Shown: one piece after another, positions 8,755 to 17,912 of the stretch
Position numbering within the stretch: the stretch's first letter is position 1
Layout of the letters: the number at the start of each line of letters is the position of its first letter
Origin: an uncultured Anaerolineae bacterium
GTDB lineage: Bacteria; Chloroflexota; Anaerolineae; Aggregatilineales; Ch27
Assembly (NCBI GenBank): GCA_964533805.1
Contig: CAZHMJ010000004.1
Location: 1 to 53,238, forward strand
Reading direction: 5' to 3'
Length of the DNA: 53,238 nucleotides
Notes under the pieces: generated by a model
What the model was told of the DNA's origin: nothing
Seen by the model: only the letters and a program-made list of their open reading frames with translations
Database searches by the model: none
Position numbers and translations under genes: made by a program

Positions 8755-10317
8755 TCAGACCTTTTTGGTAACTCGGAACTGGATCGGCATGCCCAGCATC
8801 AACTGCGTCTGCGCCTGGATGGTCGGAATCGCCAGGATGACGAGCAGCAGGAAAGGCAGCAAGGGGAAACTCAGCACGGTAGTCAGTACCTCGCGAAAGG
8901 TCCACGGCCTGGGCCGGGGCGGCCGGATACGCATGTCCAGCACCCAAAACACAAACCCCAGGATCGACACAATCGCGAGCGAGATTTGCAGGAGCAGGAA
9001 CGGGGCCGTGTTCCATTCCGAGAAAAACAGGGTGGGATACAACACCTGGACCACCATCGGTCCCAGGGTCATGATCACCCACCCGGCTCCGGCCAGGATG
9101 ATGTCATGCGCCACCCGGAAGAAGAGCCGCAGTCCACGTTGAATTTCCATCTCCGGGTGCTCGATAATGCGGGCCAGGGCGTAACCGACCTCTTTGGACC
9201 CCCAGGCGTGGCGCAGCGACTGCTGGTAGCGGTTCTTGATGCTGTCCCAGAAGCCATTGCCGGTGGTAGCTTCGCCATAGAAGGGCAGATAGACCCGCTC
9301 CAGGCGAATCTTCCCATCCCGCTGGAAGAACGCCTTGATGAACATATGCCATTCGTCGGCGATCACATCCGAGTCCCAGTAGCCCACGCTGTCCAGCAGG
9401 CGCAGACTCAGCGCGTAAGAAGACATTGGCAAGGGGAACCAGCCCGGCGTGGAAAGATAGGCCAGCTCCCAGGCCGAAGAATAGGCATGCACCAGAGCGA
9501 TGGTCGGCGCGACATCCCAGATATTGCCATGATAACGAATCGGCGCCTGCCAGAAGCGACGGTAGCGATCCGTATGGAGCGCGAACAGGGTCGTCAGGCA
9601 GGCGAAATGGGAGGGATGCCAGGCGGTGTCGGCGTCCATCGTCGTGACCAGGATGTGATCGAGGTTGTAGCCTTTCTCATCGATCAGCTTGCGCTTGATC
9701 CAGCGCGCCGCCCAGGCCTCGTTGGCGGACTTGCACTGCATTTCGCCGGGCAATCCCTTGGGATGGATCGTGAAGTAGATGTGCAGGAACTTCGACTGGT
9801 ACTGGTCACGCAGCATCTCGGCCACCGGCTGCGCATTCGGATCGGCAGCTTCCATCGCCAGCACGATCACCATCTGGGTAGCCGCGTTCTCCTGGCGTGC
9901 CAGCGAATCCAGCGTCCGGCACAAGACCTGGGCCGGCTCCTTATAGGCCGCGATGATCACGACATGGAGGACGTCTTCCCGGCGTAGGCTGTCCGGTCCA
10001 ACCCGGCGATCATACTCTTCCTGCCAGTCGATCCGCTCCCAATGCCGGATGCGGCGCAGTCCAACCAGATTGGCGGCTGCCCCAACGGCAAAGCGCAGCG
10101 CGGAATAGAAGCCCACGATCGCCGCGATCGTCACCACGAGCCGCGGCCGCAGCACCGCGCCGGCCACGGTCAACAGGAGGGCGATCCAGGCCAGAAAGCC
10201 GGGAATCCCATCCAGGATTTGTTCGGGAATAGCAGGGGGCGGCGCGCCACCCCAGATGGATCGCCCCACCCCGAACTGGACGCTATTCCGCCGATTACCA
10301 CTGGATCGATAAGGCAT
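8755..10317 (-). CDS. membrane-embedded family 2 glycosyltransferase (processive-synthase-like topology)
   Basis: TM helices at both ends. GT-A core with VIIAAYKE..., TTMDADT (DxD) and a QQSLRHAWG segment resembling QxxRW. Confidence 0.7.
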   Translation of the reverse strand: MPYRSSGNRRNSVQFGVGRSIWGGAPPPAIPEQILDGIPGFLAWIALLLTVAGAVLRPRLVVTIAAIVGFYSALRFAVGAAANLVGLRRIRHWERIDWQEEYDRRVGPDSLRREDVLHVVIIAAYKEPAQVLCRTLDSLARQENAATQMVIVLAMEAADPNAQPVAEMLRDQYQSKFLHIYFTIHPKGLPGEMQCKSANEAWAARWIKRKLIDEKGYNLDHILVTTMDADTAWHPSHFACLTTLFALHTDRYRRFWQAPIRYHGNIWDVAPTIALVHAYSSAWELAYLSTPGWFPLPMSSYALSLRLLDSVGYWDSDVIADEWHMFIKAFFQRDGKIRLERVYLPFYGEATTGNGFWDSIKNRYQQSLRHAWGSKEVGYALARIIEHPEMEIQRGLRLFFRVAHDIILAGAGWVIMTLGPMVVQVLYPTLFFSEWNTAPFLLLQISLAIVSILGFVFWVLDMRIRPPRPRPWTFREVLTTVLSFPLLPFLLLVILAIPTIQAQTQLMLGMPIQFRVTKKV

Positions 10318-10418
10318 GCAAAGTTGTCTTCCGAAAACCGCGTCGCTGCATCACCGCAGAGCGACCCAACGCGGCGCAAGCGTACAAAATCACCGCGCCG
10401 TTGCTCAAGGAGATGGGG

Positions 10419-13076
10419 CTATTCCTGGATGCGCAGGACCAGCCGTGGCGCGCCAAAGGTGACGTCGTCGATCAGGCCGTTATTATCCTCACCGGAAAAC
10501 GCCAGCCGGAACTGGACCGACCGTGCACCAGAGGCCACCAATTCCCCAACCAGCGCCGTCACGTCCACCGACCCGGCGGGGCAGGTCTGGACGACACCGA
10601 CCACCCGCGCGGGATCCAGCGGCCCGAAGTCGCTGCGATCGAACCGGTCATACGTCAGGTGTTCGATCTGCAAATCGCCGAGAGTGATAAACGGGTTTCC
10701 GTTGGTCGTGCACTCTCCCGGCAGCAGCATCGCCCGGCTCAGATTGCCGGACGTTATACCTTCCGGCAGGTCAAAGGTCAAGAAGGCCTGGTAAGCCGCG
10801 TTACGCACGTCATCCCCTGGAAAAAGCTCGGGGTACTGGCGGCCAATCTCATTCAACGAGCCGCTGTTTTCCCGGACGAGCGCCGCATCCACCTCGGTCC
10901 CGGCCGCCGTGTCGCCCGCCAGTTCCAGATGGAGCGCGAACGCCCCACTGGAACTTCCCTGGGCCTCCTGAAAGCGTGTCGCCACGATGGTATACATACC
11001 GGATTCGGGCAATCTGAAGCCCAGGATGGCCGAGTCGGTCGCCAGGACGCCGCCCACCGCGTCATCATTCGAGGCAAGCTGGTTACCACTCGCATCGAAC
11101 AGGTACAGATAGGTATCCAGCGTCTCTGCAGGATTCTGGCGCTGGAGGACGATGTTGATCGCCTGTCCGGCCTGCCCCTCGAACTCGTACTCCACGCGAG
11201 GGGTCGTATCATCGATCACGCCCTGAACGGTGGAACCATAGGCAATCGGGGTGCGGCCGCCGGCCGGCGTAGAAAGCACCGCCGGTTCAATACGGGCGAT
11301 GATCAGTTCAAATTCCCCCTGAGTCGTGCCCAGCGCCGCCTGGAAGCGCGAGGCACGCACGACGTACACGCCGCTCGCCTCCAGCTCGAACTGGTCGATG
11401 TGGGAATCAGTCGCCGTGTTGCCGCCGGCCGCGTCATCGTTCTGAGCCAGGACGGCGCCATTCAGGTCCAGCAGTTCGAGGTAGGTATCCAGGTCGCCGC
11501 GGAGCCGGTTCAGACGGAAACTGACCCGATCGCCCTGCCCTCCGAAGAAACCAAAGTCCCTGACGGGATGCGCGTCGTCCAGTATGCCGGTGATCCGGTC
11601 GCCATAGATCAGGACGCGATCCTGCTCCAAGGCCAGGTCCGGATCATTGCCCTCCAGCGTGAGAGTAATCTCGTAGACACCCGCCGAGAGGCCCGCCTCC
11701 CCGCCCGACCGTCCCGCCAGGAGCGTATACGATCCAGTGTCCGGCAACAGGAACTGGCGAATCGCGGCATCTTCGGGCAGCTCGCCCTCCGCGTTGTCAT
11801 TGAACGCCAGCCCGCGATTATTCACCCCCAGCAGCACCAGGCGCGAATCGAGATCGCCGCTCGTCCGCCGCATCGTGATCGTGACCACGTCGTTGCGCGC
11901 CCCAAAGAACGTGTAGCGCGTCTCCAGCCGCGAGTCGTCCACCAGGCCGCGCACGGTTGATCCGTAAGCGATCGGCGCCCCACCCGGCCCGGCCAGATCG
12001 CTGCCGGCAAGCACGAGGGTCAGGGCCAGTTCGTACGTTCCGCTGGACGAACCAAACTCACCCTGGAAGCGCGTCGCCACGATCGTATAAGACCCGTCCT
12101 CCGGCAGCACCAGGGACTCAATCCGGGCATCGGAGGAGTCGCCGCCGATGTCGTCATTCAGGGCCACCTCGCGTCCGTCAGCATCCAACAGGCGCAGCGA
12201 CGTATCCAGGTCGCCCTCGATCCGGCGCAGGTCGATCGTCACCACGTCTCCGGCCGCGCCTTCGAATGTGTACAGCCCTTCGTAGCGGGCATCATCCAGT
12301 GTTCCGGTCACCGTATCGCCATACACCACTGGCAGAATCTCCGGCGGCGCGGGAGTCGGAGTCACGCCGGCCAGGGTGACGCTCGTGCCATCGAAATCGA
12401 AGGCGACCTCGTATTGCTGGCCGAGTTCCAGGCTAAACGGCTGTTCCAGAAGAACGGTCTCGCCAAGCTGGACGACCAAAGTCCCCGCGAGGGGTCCCGT
12501 ATTTCCACAGGCCGCCTGGTAACGCGCAAAGACAGTATACGTCCCGGTCGGGGCAGACTCCCCGGGCCAGGTAGCCGACTCGGACGCCTCCGGCACGGCT
12601 CCGGCGCAGGTGGCATTGGCGTCGCCCAGGAAAGTGCCACCACTCTCTGAGACAGGCAGGAAGCTGGTCAGCCGGATACCCGCTGGCTCCTGCACGCCAA
12701 GATCGATGTTACCGGTGGTGGCCCAGCGCACCGAAATCGCCAACGTGGGCGGGACGGCGGTCGCTTCTGGCGTCTGCGTGGGAGTCGCCGTCGGGGTATC
12801 CGTCCCGGTCGGCGACGCAGTCTGCGTGGCCGTCAGGGTGGCAGAGGGGGGGACAGTCTCGGTCGGCGTGGGTGTATCCGACGGAGTCGCCGTCTCGGTT
12901 GGCAGCGGGGTGGGCGACGATCCTTCGGTTGGTGGAATGCGCGTGGGCAACACCGCCGCGACACGCGGCGTCGGCGTAGCCGGCTGGGAGACCGGCCCAC
13001 AGGCGGCCAGCAGTCCCATACCGATCAGGATCATCAGCAGCCCAATCCGTGAGCGCGCCTGTCCCATCATGCCCAA
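10419..13076 (-). CDS. secreted lipoprotein with Thr/Pro-rich linker and four tandem pre-peptidase C-terminal (PPC)-like domains
   Basis: Signal peptide plus lipobox LLAAC. The roughly 80-aa linker is TPTPS-rich. Four ~108-aa repeats share YG.T..G..DD....Y.F.G..GD.V.I...R..GDLD..L.L.D..G..LA.NDD... Confidence 0.75.
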   Translation of the reverse strand: MGMMGQARSRIGLLMILIGMGLLAACGPVSQPATPTPRVAAVLPTRIPPTEGSSPTPLPTETATPSDTPTPTETVPPSATLTATQTASPTGTDTPTATPTQTPEATAVPPTLAISVRWATTGNIDLGVQEPAGIRLTSFLPVSESGGTFLGDANATCAGAVPEASESATWPGESAPTGTYTVFARYQAACGNTGPLAGTLVVQLGETVLLEQPFSLELGQQYEVAFDFDGTSVTLAGVTPTPAPPEILPVVYGDTVTGTLDDARYEGLYTFEGAAGDVVTIDLRRIEGDLDTSLRLLDADGREVALNDDIGGDSSDARIESLVLPEDGSYTIVATRFQGEFGSSSGTYELALTLVLAGSDLAGPGGAPIAYGSTVRGLVDDSRLETRYTFFGARNDVVTITMRRTSGDLDSRLVLLGVNNRGLAFNDNAEGELPEDAAIRQFLLPDTGSYTLLAGRSGGEAGLSAGVYEITLTLEGNDPDLALEQDRVLIYGDRITGILDDAHPVRDFGFFGGQGDRVSFRLNRLRGDLDTYLELLDLNGAVLAQNDDAAGGNTATDSHIDQFELEASGVYVVRASRFQAALGTTQGEFELIIARIEPAVLSTPAGGRTPIAYGSTVQGVIDDTTPRVEYEFEGQAGQAINIVLQRQNPAETLDTYLYLFDASGNQLASNDDAVGGVLATDSAILGFRLPESGMYTIVATRFQEAQGSSSGAFALHLELAGDTAAGTEVDAALVRENSGSLNEIGRQYPELFPGDDVRNAAYQAFLTFDLPEGITSGNLSRAMLLPGECTTNGNPFITLGDLQIEHLTYDRFDRSDFGPLDPARVVGVVQTCPAGSVDVTALVGELVASGARSVQFRLAFSGEDNNGLIDDVTFGAPRLVLRIQE
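10920..12332 (-). repeat. four tandem ~325-nt coding repeats (PPC-like domains, aa 249-719 of the lipoprotein)
   Basis: Repeat units at aa 249-355, 368-475, 488-596 and 610-719, aligned by eye on the YGxT...GDLD...NDD...Y.... pattern. Confidence 0.7.
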
Positions 13077-13130
13077 TCACTCCCTCCGCCGATCCGGGTA
13101 CTTCCGTTCATTGTAGTCTCACCGCCTACT

Positions 13131-13892
13131 CTATGCCGAGTCCGGCCGGAAGGCAATCAGCCGGTGCGCGTAAGCCTTGCGGAATCGATCGGCGGGAATG
13201 ACCGCCCCGGCCTGCAATTCCGGAATCCGGCCTGATGGATTGTGCAGGCACAGACTCCGGCAGCGCCCCTGCCCCCATGCGAAGCCGTAGGCCAGCACCA
13301 TGTGTCCGCCGTAACGCCGCAGTGGGCCATATTTGCCCAATTCGGGTGTGACCGCCGGGGCGACCAGCCAACCCGCCCGGATCAGGCGGCAGATTTCTTC
13401 AAGCGGAACATAGCCGCGCCCGACCGCCTGCAAGCCGTGGTCCCGCGCCAGCCGGGCAATCGCCGGGTAGAACCAGCCTTCATCGACCAATCGCCCGCCG
13501 CCATCGTAGGCACGGTAGCCGTCGTAAGCCAACCCCTGCTGAACCAGCGTCCACAACGTCAGTTCGCGGGCCGGGTTAAAGGCCTGGACAGCCATCTTCA
13601 GGCAAGCCAGGGCACACACCCGCCGCGCCCAGAAATCATAACCGTCCGGATCGGGCGCGCCAAACTCGGTCCAGGCGGGATCGTCACGGCCGTGCAAACC
13701 GCCATGGATGAAGGCCTCGATCAGATCAGGGCTGGCGAATTGGGGGACGTAGGGAACGTCGACCGGGACGCGATACTCACCGTCAGGCAGGCCGGCCAGC
13801 GCGCGGCGCGCAATCACCTGGGCCGGCAGCGCCGCCAGCGGATCGAGCGCACGATGAAAGAGATTCTTAACCCGCTGGCGGCGTGAAGGCAT
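13131..13892 (-). CDS. stand-alone peptidase C39-like (papain-fold Cys peptidase) domain protein
   Basis: VPYVPQF...RVCALACLKM (candidate nucleophile Cys) and GGHMVLAYGF (candidate His), arranged as in the C39_2/BtrH-like domain. No ABC transporter fusion. Confidence 0.5.
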   Translation of the reverse strand: MPSRRQRVKNLFHRALDPLAALPAQVIARRALAGLPDGEYRVPVDVPYVPQFASPDLIEAFIHGGLHGRDDPAWTEFGAPDPDGYDFWARRVCALACLKMAVQAFNPARELTLWTLVQQGLAYDGYRAYDGGGRLVDEGWFYPAIARLARDHGLQAVGRGYVPLEEICRLIRAGWLVAPAVTPELGKYGPLRRYGGHMVLAYGFAWGQGRCRSLCLHNPSGRIPELQAGAVIPADRFRKAYAHRLIAFRPDSA

Positions 13893-13913
13893 ACAGGCAG
13901 TCCGAAACCGGGG

Positions 13914-15104
13914 TTACTTCTTGAAACCCTTGAGGCCCTTTAGACCAAGCGCGGCCGCGTGGGCCACCAGTCCGGTCTTATAGTTGTAGCGCGTCTGGCG
14001 CTTCTGGGCGTGCATCTCCAGGGCGATCCGGATCAGTTCGTCCATCAGCGCGCGCGGCGACAGCCCTTCCGGCTCCCACAGGTAGATCGCCAGCGAGCCG
14101 GGCATGGTGTTGATCTCATTGACGTAGAACTCGCCAGTCGCTTCCTTCAGCAGGAAGTCCACCCGCGCGATCCCGCGCCCGTCGATCGCCCGGAAGGCGT
14201 CGATTGCCGTCTGTTTGATCCGGGCGGTCAAGTCATCGCTCAGCGGGGCCGGAATCTGACGTTCCGCGCCTTTCATGCCGCCGCCCTGGCGCATGTATTT
14301 CTCTTCGTAGGTCAGGAATTCCTCGAACGAGATCGGCTTTTCCAGCACCGAGGCCCGCACCTGGGCATCCGCCCCCAGCACCGAGCAGTTGATCTCGCTG
14401 CCACCTTCCACCGCCGGCTCGATCAGCACCCGGCGGTCGAAATTGAAGGCCACGTCCAGGTGGTTGCCCAGCATATCGCGATCGGACACGCGGGCAATCC
14501 CGATGCTGGAACCAAGCGTCGCCGGCTTGACGAAGATCGGGTATGCGAATTTCGCCTCGATCTGGCTGAGCAGCCCGTCCCGGTCTTGCAGCCAGGCTCC
14601 ACGGGTCAGGGTCAGCCCGTCCAGCACGGGGATGCCATGCTGGGCCAGCACGGTCTTGGTCATCGGCTTGTCGATGGCGATGGCCGAGGCCGTCACCCCG
14701 CAGCCCACGTACGGCAGGTCGACCAACTCGCACAGGCCTTGCAGGGTACCATCTTCCCCATGCGAGCCGTGAACCACCGGGAAGATCACATCCAGCTTGC
14801 GCAGGCTGTTGCGGCCCACCAGCCCGGAAATCGGTGGCACGATTAGCCCTTTGAAGGCCGTCGAAGAACTCAGCACAGCTTCCTTGATGCCCAGCATCTC
14901 GCCGACTTTGTCGTTCTTGAAACTGTGGATGTCGCGCAGTGGATCGCCGACCAGCCAGACGCCCTCCCGGTCGATGTACACCGGGACGACCTCGTATTTC
15001 TCTGGGTCGAGCGCGCGCATGACCTGATGGGCGGTCACGATCGACACGTCGTGCTCGACCGACCGGCTGCCAAACACCACGCCAACTGCCAGTTTTTTGC
15101 TCAT
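13914..15104 (-). CDS. ddl: D-alanine--D-alanine ligase
   Basis: VVFGSRSVEHDVSIVTA at the N-terminus, ATP-grasp core, C-terminal EINTMPGS. Start moved to MSKKLAVG (track start 15143). Confidence 0.9.
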   Translation of the reverse strand: MSKKLAVGVVFGSRSVEHDVSIVTAHQVMRALDPEKYEVVPVYIDREGVWLVGDPLRDIHSFKNDKVGEMLGIKEAVLSSSTAFKGLIVPPISGLVGRNSLRKLDVIFPVVHGSHGEDGTLQGLCELVDLPYVGCGVTASAIAIDKPMTKTVLAQHGIPVLDGLTLTRGAWLQDRDGLLSQIEAKFAYPIFVKPATLGSSIGIARVSDRDMLGNHLDVAFNFDRRVLIEPAVEGGSEINCSVLGADAQVRASVLEKPISFEEFLTYEEKYMRQGGGMKGAERQIPAPLSDDLTARIKQTAIDAFRAIDGRGIARVDFLLKEATGEFYVNEINTMPGSLAIYLWEPEGLSPRALMDELIRIALEMHAQKRQTRYNYKTGLVAHAAALGLKGLKGFKK

Positions 15105-15227
15105 GGTCGCTGATTGACTCCCTTGCGAACGTTTCCCCCTCAAACCGACTTCCCAGCCTGATTGTCCGCCGGTTGCGTCCGGCGGACTGGTTGGAAGCCG
15201 TCCGGCTCCCCGCCGGGCGGTATGCGC

Positions 15228-16850
15228 CTAGAGATAAGTATCCGGCAGATCGTTCAAAAACAGAACCGTGTCGCCGCGCTTGCCGTTTTCCTGCAACCAG
15301 GCCACCGACTCGGCATGGGTATCGAAGATGTGCAGGCGCTCTTTCTTGAATCCCTTGGCGGCGATGCCTTCCAGAATGGGTTTGGTCTGTTCGATGCCCA
15401 CCAGCACGATATCGGTCGCCACCTGGGCCGCCTGCTCGCCCAGCTTGCGATTCTCCTCAGCCTGGACCGGCCCCAGCTCGACCATGCCGGGGGTGATCAA
15501 AATCCGCCGCCCGTTCTTGTGCAGGCCCAGCACGTGCAGGGCGCTGCGCGCCCCGACCGGGTTGGCGCTGTAGGCGTCATCCAGGATCACAATCCCACTC
15601 GGCTGGACCTTGCGCTGCAAGCGGTGCTCGAACGGTTCCAGACTCGCCACGCGCATGGCGATCTCGGCCAGCGAGAGGCCCACCTGCCGGGCCACGGCCG
15701 CCGCCAGCAGGATATTGGACACGTTGTGAATGCCATACACCGGGGCATGGAAGTGGCGCTCTTCCCCGCTGGCCGTATCCACCACGTCGAAGCTCAGCCC
15801 GTCCAACGCCTCCTGGACGTTGCGGGCCAGCAGCCGCGCCCCGGCCAGTTCTTCCCGACTGACCAGGATCACACCCGCCGTCCCGGCCCTGGACGCCATG
15901 CCGCGCACCCGCTCATCGTCGCCGTTGAGGATGGCCGTGCCATCCGGCGGCAGCGCCTGGAGAATTTCCGACTTGGCCTCGACCGTGGCTTCCAGCGTGC
16001 CGAAGCGCTCCAGATGCTGCGGCCCCACCGCCGTCACGAGCGCGATCTGCGGCCGGGTCAGGGCGCAGATACGGGCGATCTCGCCCGGCACGTAGGCTCC
16101 CATCTCGACCACGAAGTAATCGAGTTGGCGCTCATCCTTGAGCAGGGTATTGACCGCCAGCGAGACACCCATCAGGGTGTTGTAGCTCTTGGGCGTGGCG
16201 ATGGCATGGTAGCGCCCGTTGAGCATATGCGTCAGGAAGTGCTTGGTGCTGGTTTTGCCGAAGCTGCCGGTGATCCCGATCACGGTCGGATCGAGGTCGC
16301 GCAGGGTACGGCGCGCCTTCTCCAGGTAGAAGCGACGCACGCCCGCCTCGACCGGCACCGCCGTGACATTCCCGGCGATCAGGAACAGCGGCGCCACCAA
16401 GTACAAGCCCAACCCGGCCAGCGCCGCGAAGAGATCGGCCGCGACCGGCACGTCCGGGATCGCCAGTTGCGACACCAACAGCGCGGCCAGACCGCTGACC
16501 GCCACGAACAGCAGGCCGGTCACAGCCAGCAACCGCATGGCGCGCGGCGTCCGCACGAACGTCTTCTTGACTTCGCGTTCCCTGGCGGGCCAGATCGCGA
16601 CCAGGGCCGTGCCTACGAACAGGGCCAGCCACAGCCATTCGCTCTGAATCACCCGCAGCAGCAAGAAGCTGCCCAGCAGCGCCACCGTCCAGGCGAAAAT
16701 CGGCCGCCGCCACCCCCAGCGATCGGGGTGGTGAAGCAGCCAGCGCCAATAGCGCCCGTTCATGTATTCTTCGATCTGGAAGAAGCGCGCCTGCTGGTAG
16801 ATGCGGACAAGACCGCCCACCAGCCAGACCAATGACACAATCAGGTGCAT
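15228..16850 (-). CDS. murF: MurF-type Mur ligase (UDP-MurNAc-tripeptide--D-Ala-D-Ala ligase core) with a polytopic membrane N-terminus
   Basis: P-loop GITGSFGKTSTKH at aa 192-204, KSYNTLMGVSL, EMGAY..GEI. The 340 aa after the P-loop equals the E. coli MurF spacing. Residues 1-165 are about 5 hydrophobic helices. Adjacent to ddl. Confidence 0.8.
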   Translation of the reverse strand: MHLIVSLVWLVGGLVRIYQQARFFQIEEYMNGRYWRWLLHHPDRWGWRRPIFAWTVALLGSFLLLRVIQSEWLWLALFVGTALVAIWPAREREVKKTFVRTPRAMRLLAVTGLLFVAVSGLAALLVSQLAIPDVPVAADLFAALAGLGLYLVAPLFLIAGNVTAVPVEAGVRRFYLEKARRTLRDLDPTVIGITGSFGKTSTKHFLTHMLNGRYHAIATPKSYNTLMGVSLAVNTLLKDERQLDYFVVEMGAYVPGEIARICALTRPQIALVTAVGPQHLERFGTLEATVEAKSEILQALPPDGTAILNGDDERVRGMASRAGTAGVILVSREELAGARLLARNVQEALDGLSFDVVDTASGEERHFHAPVYGIHNVSNILLAAAVARQVGLSLAEIAMRVASLEPFEHRLQRKVQPSGIVILDDAYSANPVGARSALHVLGLHKNGRRILITPGMVELGPVQAEENRKLGEQAAQVATDIVLVGIEQTKPILEGIAAKGFKKERLHIFDTHAESVAWLQENGKRGDTVLFLNDLPDTYL

Positions 16851-16859
16851 GGGGTCTTG

Positions 16860-17642
16860 TTATGCTCCCTCGTGGGTCAAAAAATGGGTCACAATCCGCA
16901 GATAATCCGCCAGCCGGTCGAGATAACTGAAGTGCCCCGCCCCGGCGAAAATCACCAGACCGGCGTCGGGAATCGTCTTTTCGAGCAGCCTGCCCTGTTC
17001 CAGGGGCGTGTCCTGATCCTGGTCGCCCCAGATCAGCAGCGTCGGGCGGCTGACCCGCGCCGCGTAGGGCAACAAATCCTGCTCGATGACCTTGACGAAC
17101 GTCTCTTGCAAGGGGCCGGCGTCCAGATAGTCGGTCGAGCCAAGCGCCTCGTAGGTCTTGCGGCGCAGTGGCTCGTACAGCCGGTTCAACCCCGGCAGCT
17201 TCAGGATCGACTTGCCCGCCTTGACGATGGCATCCCGCGCCGCGTTGTCCGGCGGCTTCACTCCGGCGCTGTCCGCCAGGACCATCTTGTCGATCCGGTC
17301 GGGGTGATCCGCACCCAGGATCAGGCTGATCCGCCCGCCGAACGAATGGCCCAGCAGGTGGACCCGCTGGAGGCCCAGCCCATCCAGAAAATCGAGCACG
17401 AAACGGGCATACTCCGGCACGCCCCATACGCCGGGCGGCAGCGCCGTCTCGCCAAAGCCGGGCAGGTCGAGCGCATAGACGCGAAAACCGCGCCCGGCCA
17501 GGCCTTCCGCCACCGGCCAGAAGCTGGCGATGCTGCCGCCCCAGCCATGCAAGGCCAGCACGGCCGGGCCTTCGCCGGTCACTGCGTAGGCGGCGGGCAG
17601 GTTTTGAATGGTTGTGTGTTGCCTGGGTGCATCACTCATCAC
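16860..17642 (-). CDS. alpha/beta-fold hydrolase
   Basis: HGWGGS oxyanion region, nucleophile elbow GHSFGG, and a C-terminal GAGH containing the His. Confidence 0.85.
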   Translation of the reverse strand: MMSDAPRQHTTIQNLPAAYAVTGEGPAVLALHGWGGSIASFWPVAEGLAGRGFRVYALDLPGFGETALPPGVWGVPEYARFVLDFLDGLGLQRVHLLGHSFGGRISLILGADHPDRIDKMVLADSAGVKPPDNAARDAIVKAGKSILKLPGLNRLYEPLRRKTYEALGSTDYLDAGPLQETFVKVIEQDLLPYAARVSRPTLLIWGDQDQDTPLEQGRLLEKTIPDAGLVIFAGAGHFSYLDRLADYLRIVTHFLTHEGA

Positions 17643-17689
17643 AGGTTTCCTGAAGGGCGCTGATCCCTTCTGGCGGTCAACGCCGGGCC

Positions 17690-17698
17690 ATTATAGCA
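17690..17698 (-). promoter_or_regulatory. candidate extended -10 promoter TGCTATAAT for the hydrolase/murF/ddl string
   Basis: The minus strand reads gcgTGCTATAATggcc about 48 nt upstream of ATG 17642. The hairpin GAAGGG-N7-CCCTTC (17652..17670) lies in the short leader. Confidence 0.4.
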
Positions 17699-17912
17699 CG
17701 CAGCCAGCCAGCTTCGGGAGACAAACGCCCATCCTATCACGCGGAAAGACATCTCACCGCAGAGAACACAGCGATAGAAAAATACTTCTCAGGCTCTTCC
17801 GCCGCGCTCTCTCCCGGCACAGGTTTCCCCATCCTTTGCCTTTCTTCGCTTTTTTCCTTGGCGTTCTTTGCGTCTTTGCGGTTCAGCCTGCTCTTAATGC
17901 GACTGCCTTGGC

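Noticed and set aside
15165-15188. Hairpin GTCCGCCGG-N6-CCGGCGGAC between murF and ddl, considered as a terminator.
   Set aside because: There is no U-tract on either strand, and it sits between two genes that are classically co-transcribed. It may affect mRNA stability, but I cannot call it a terminator.
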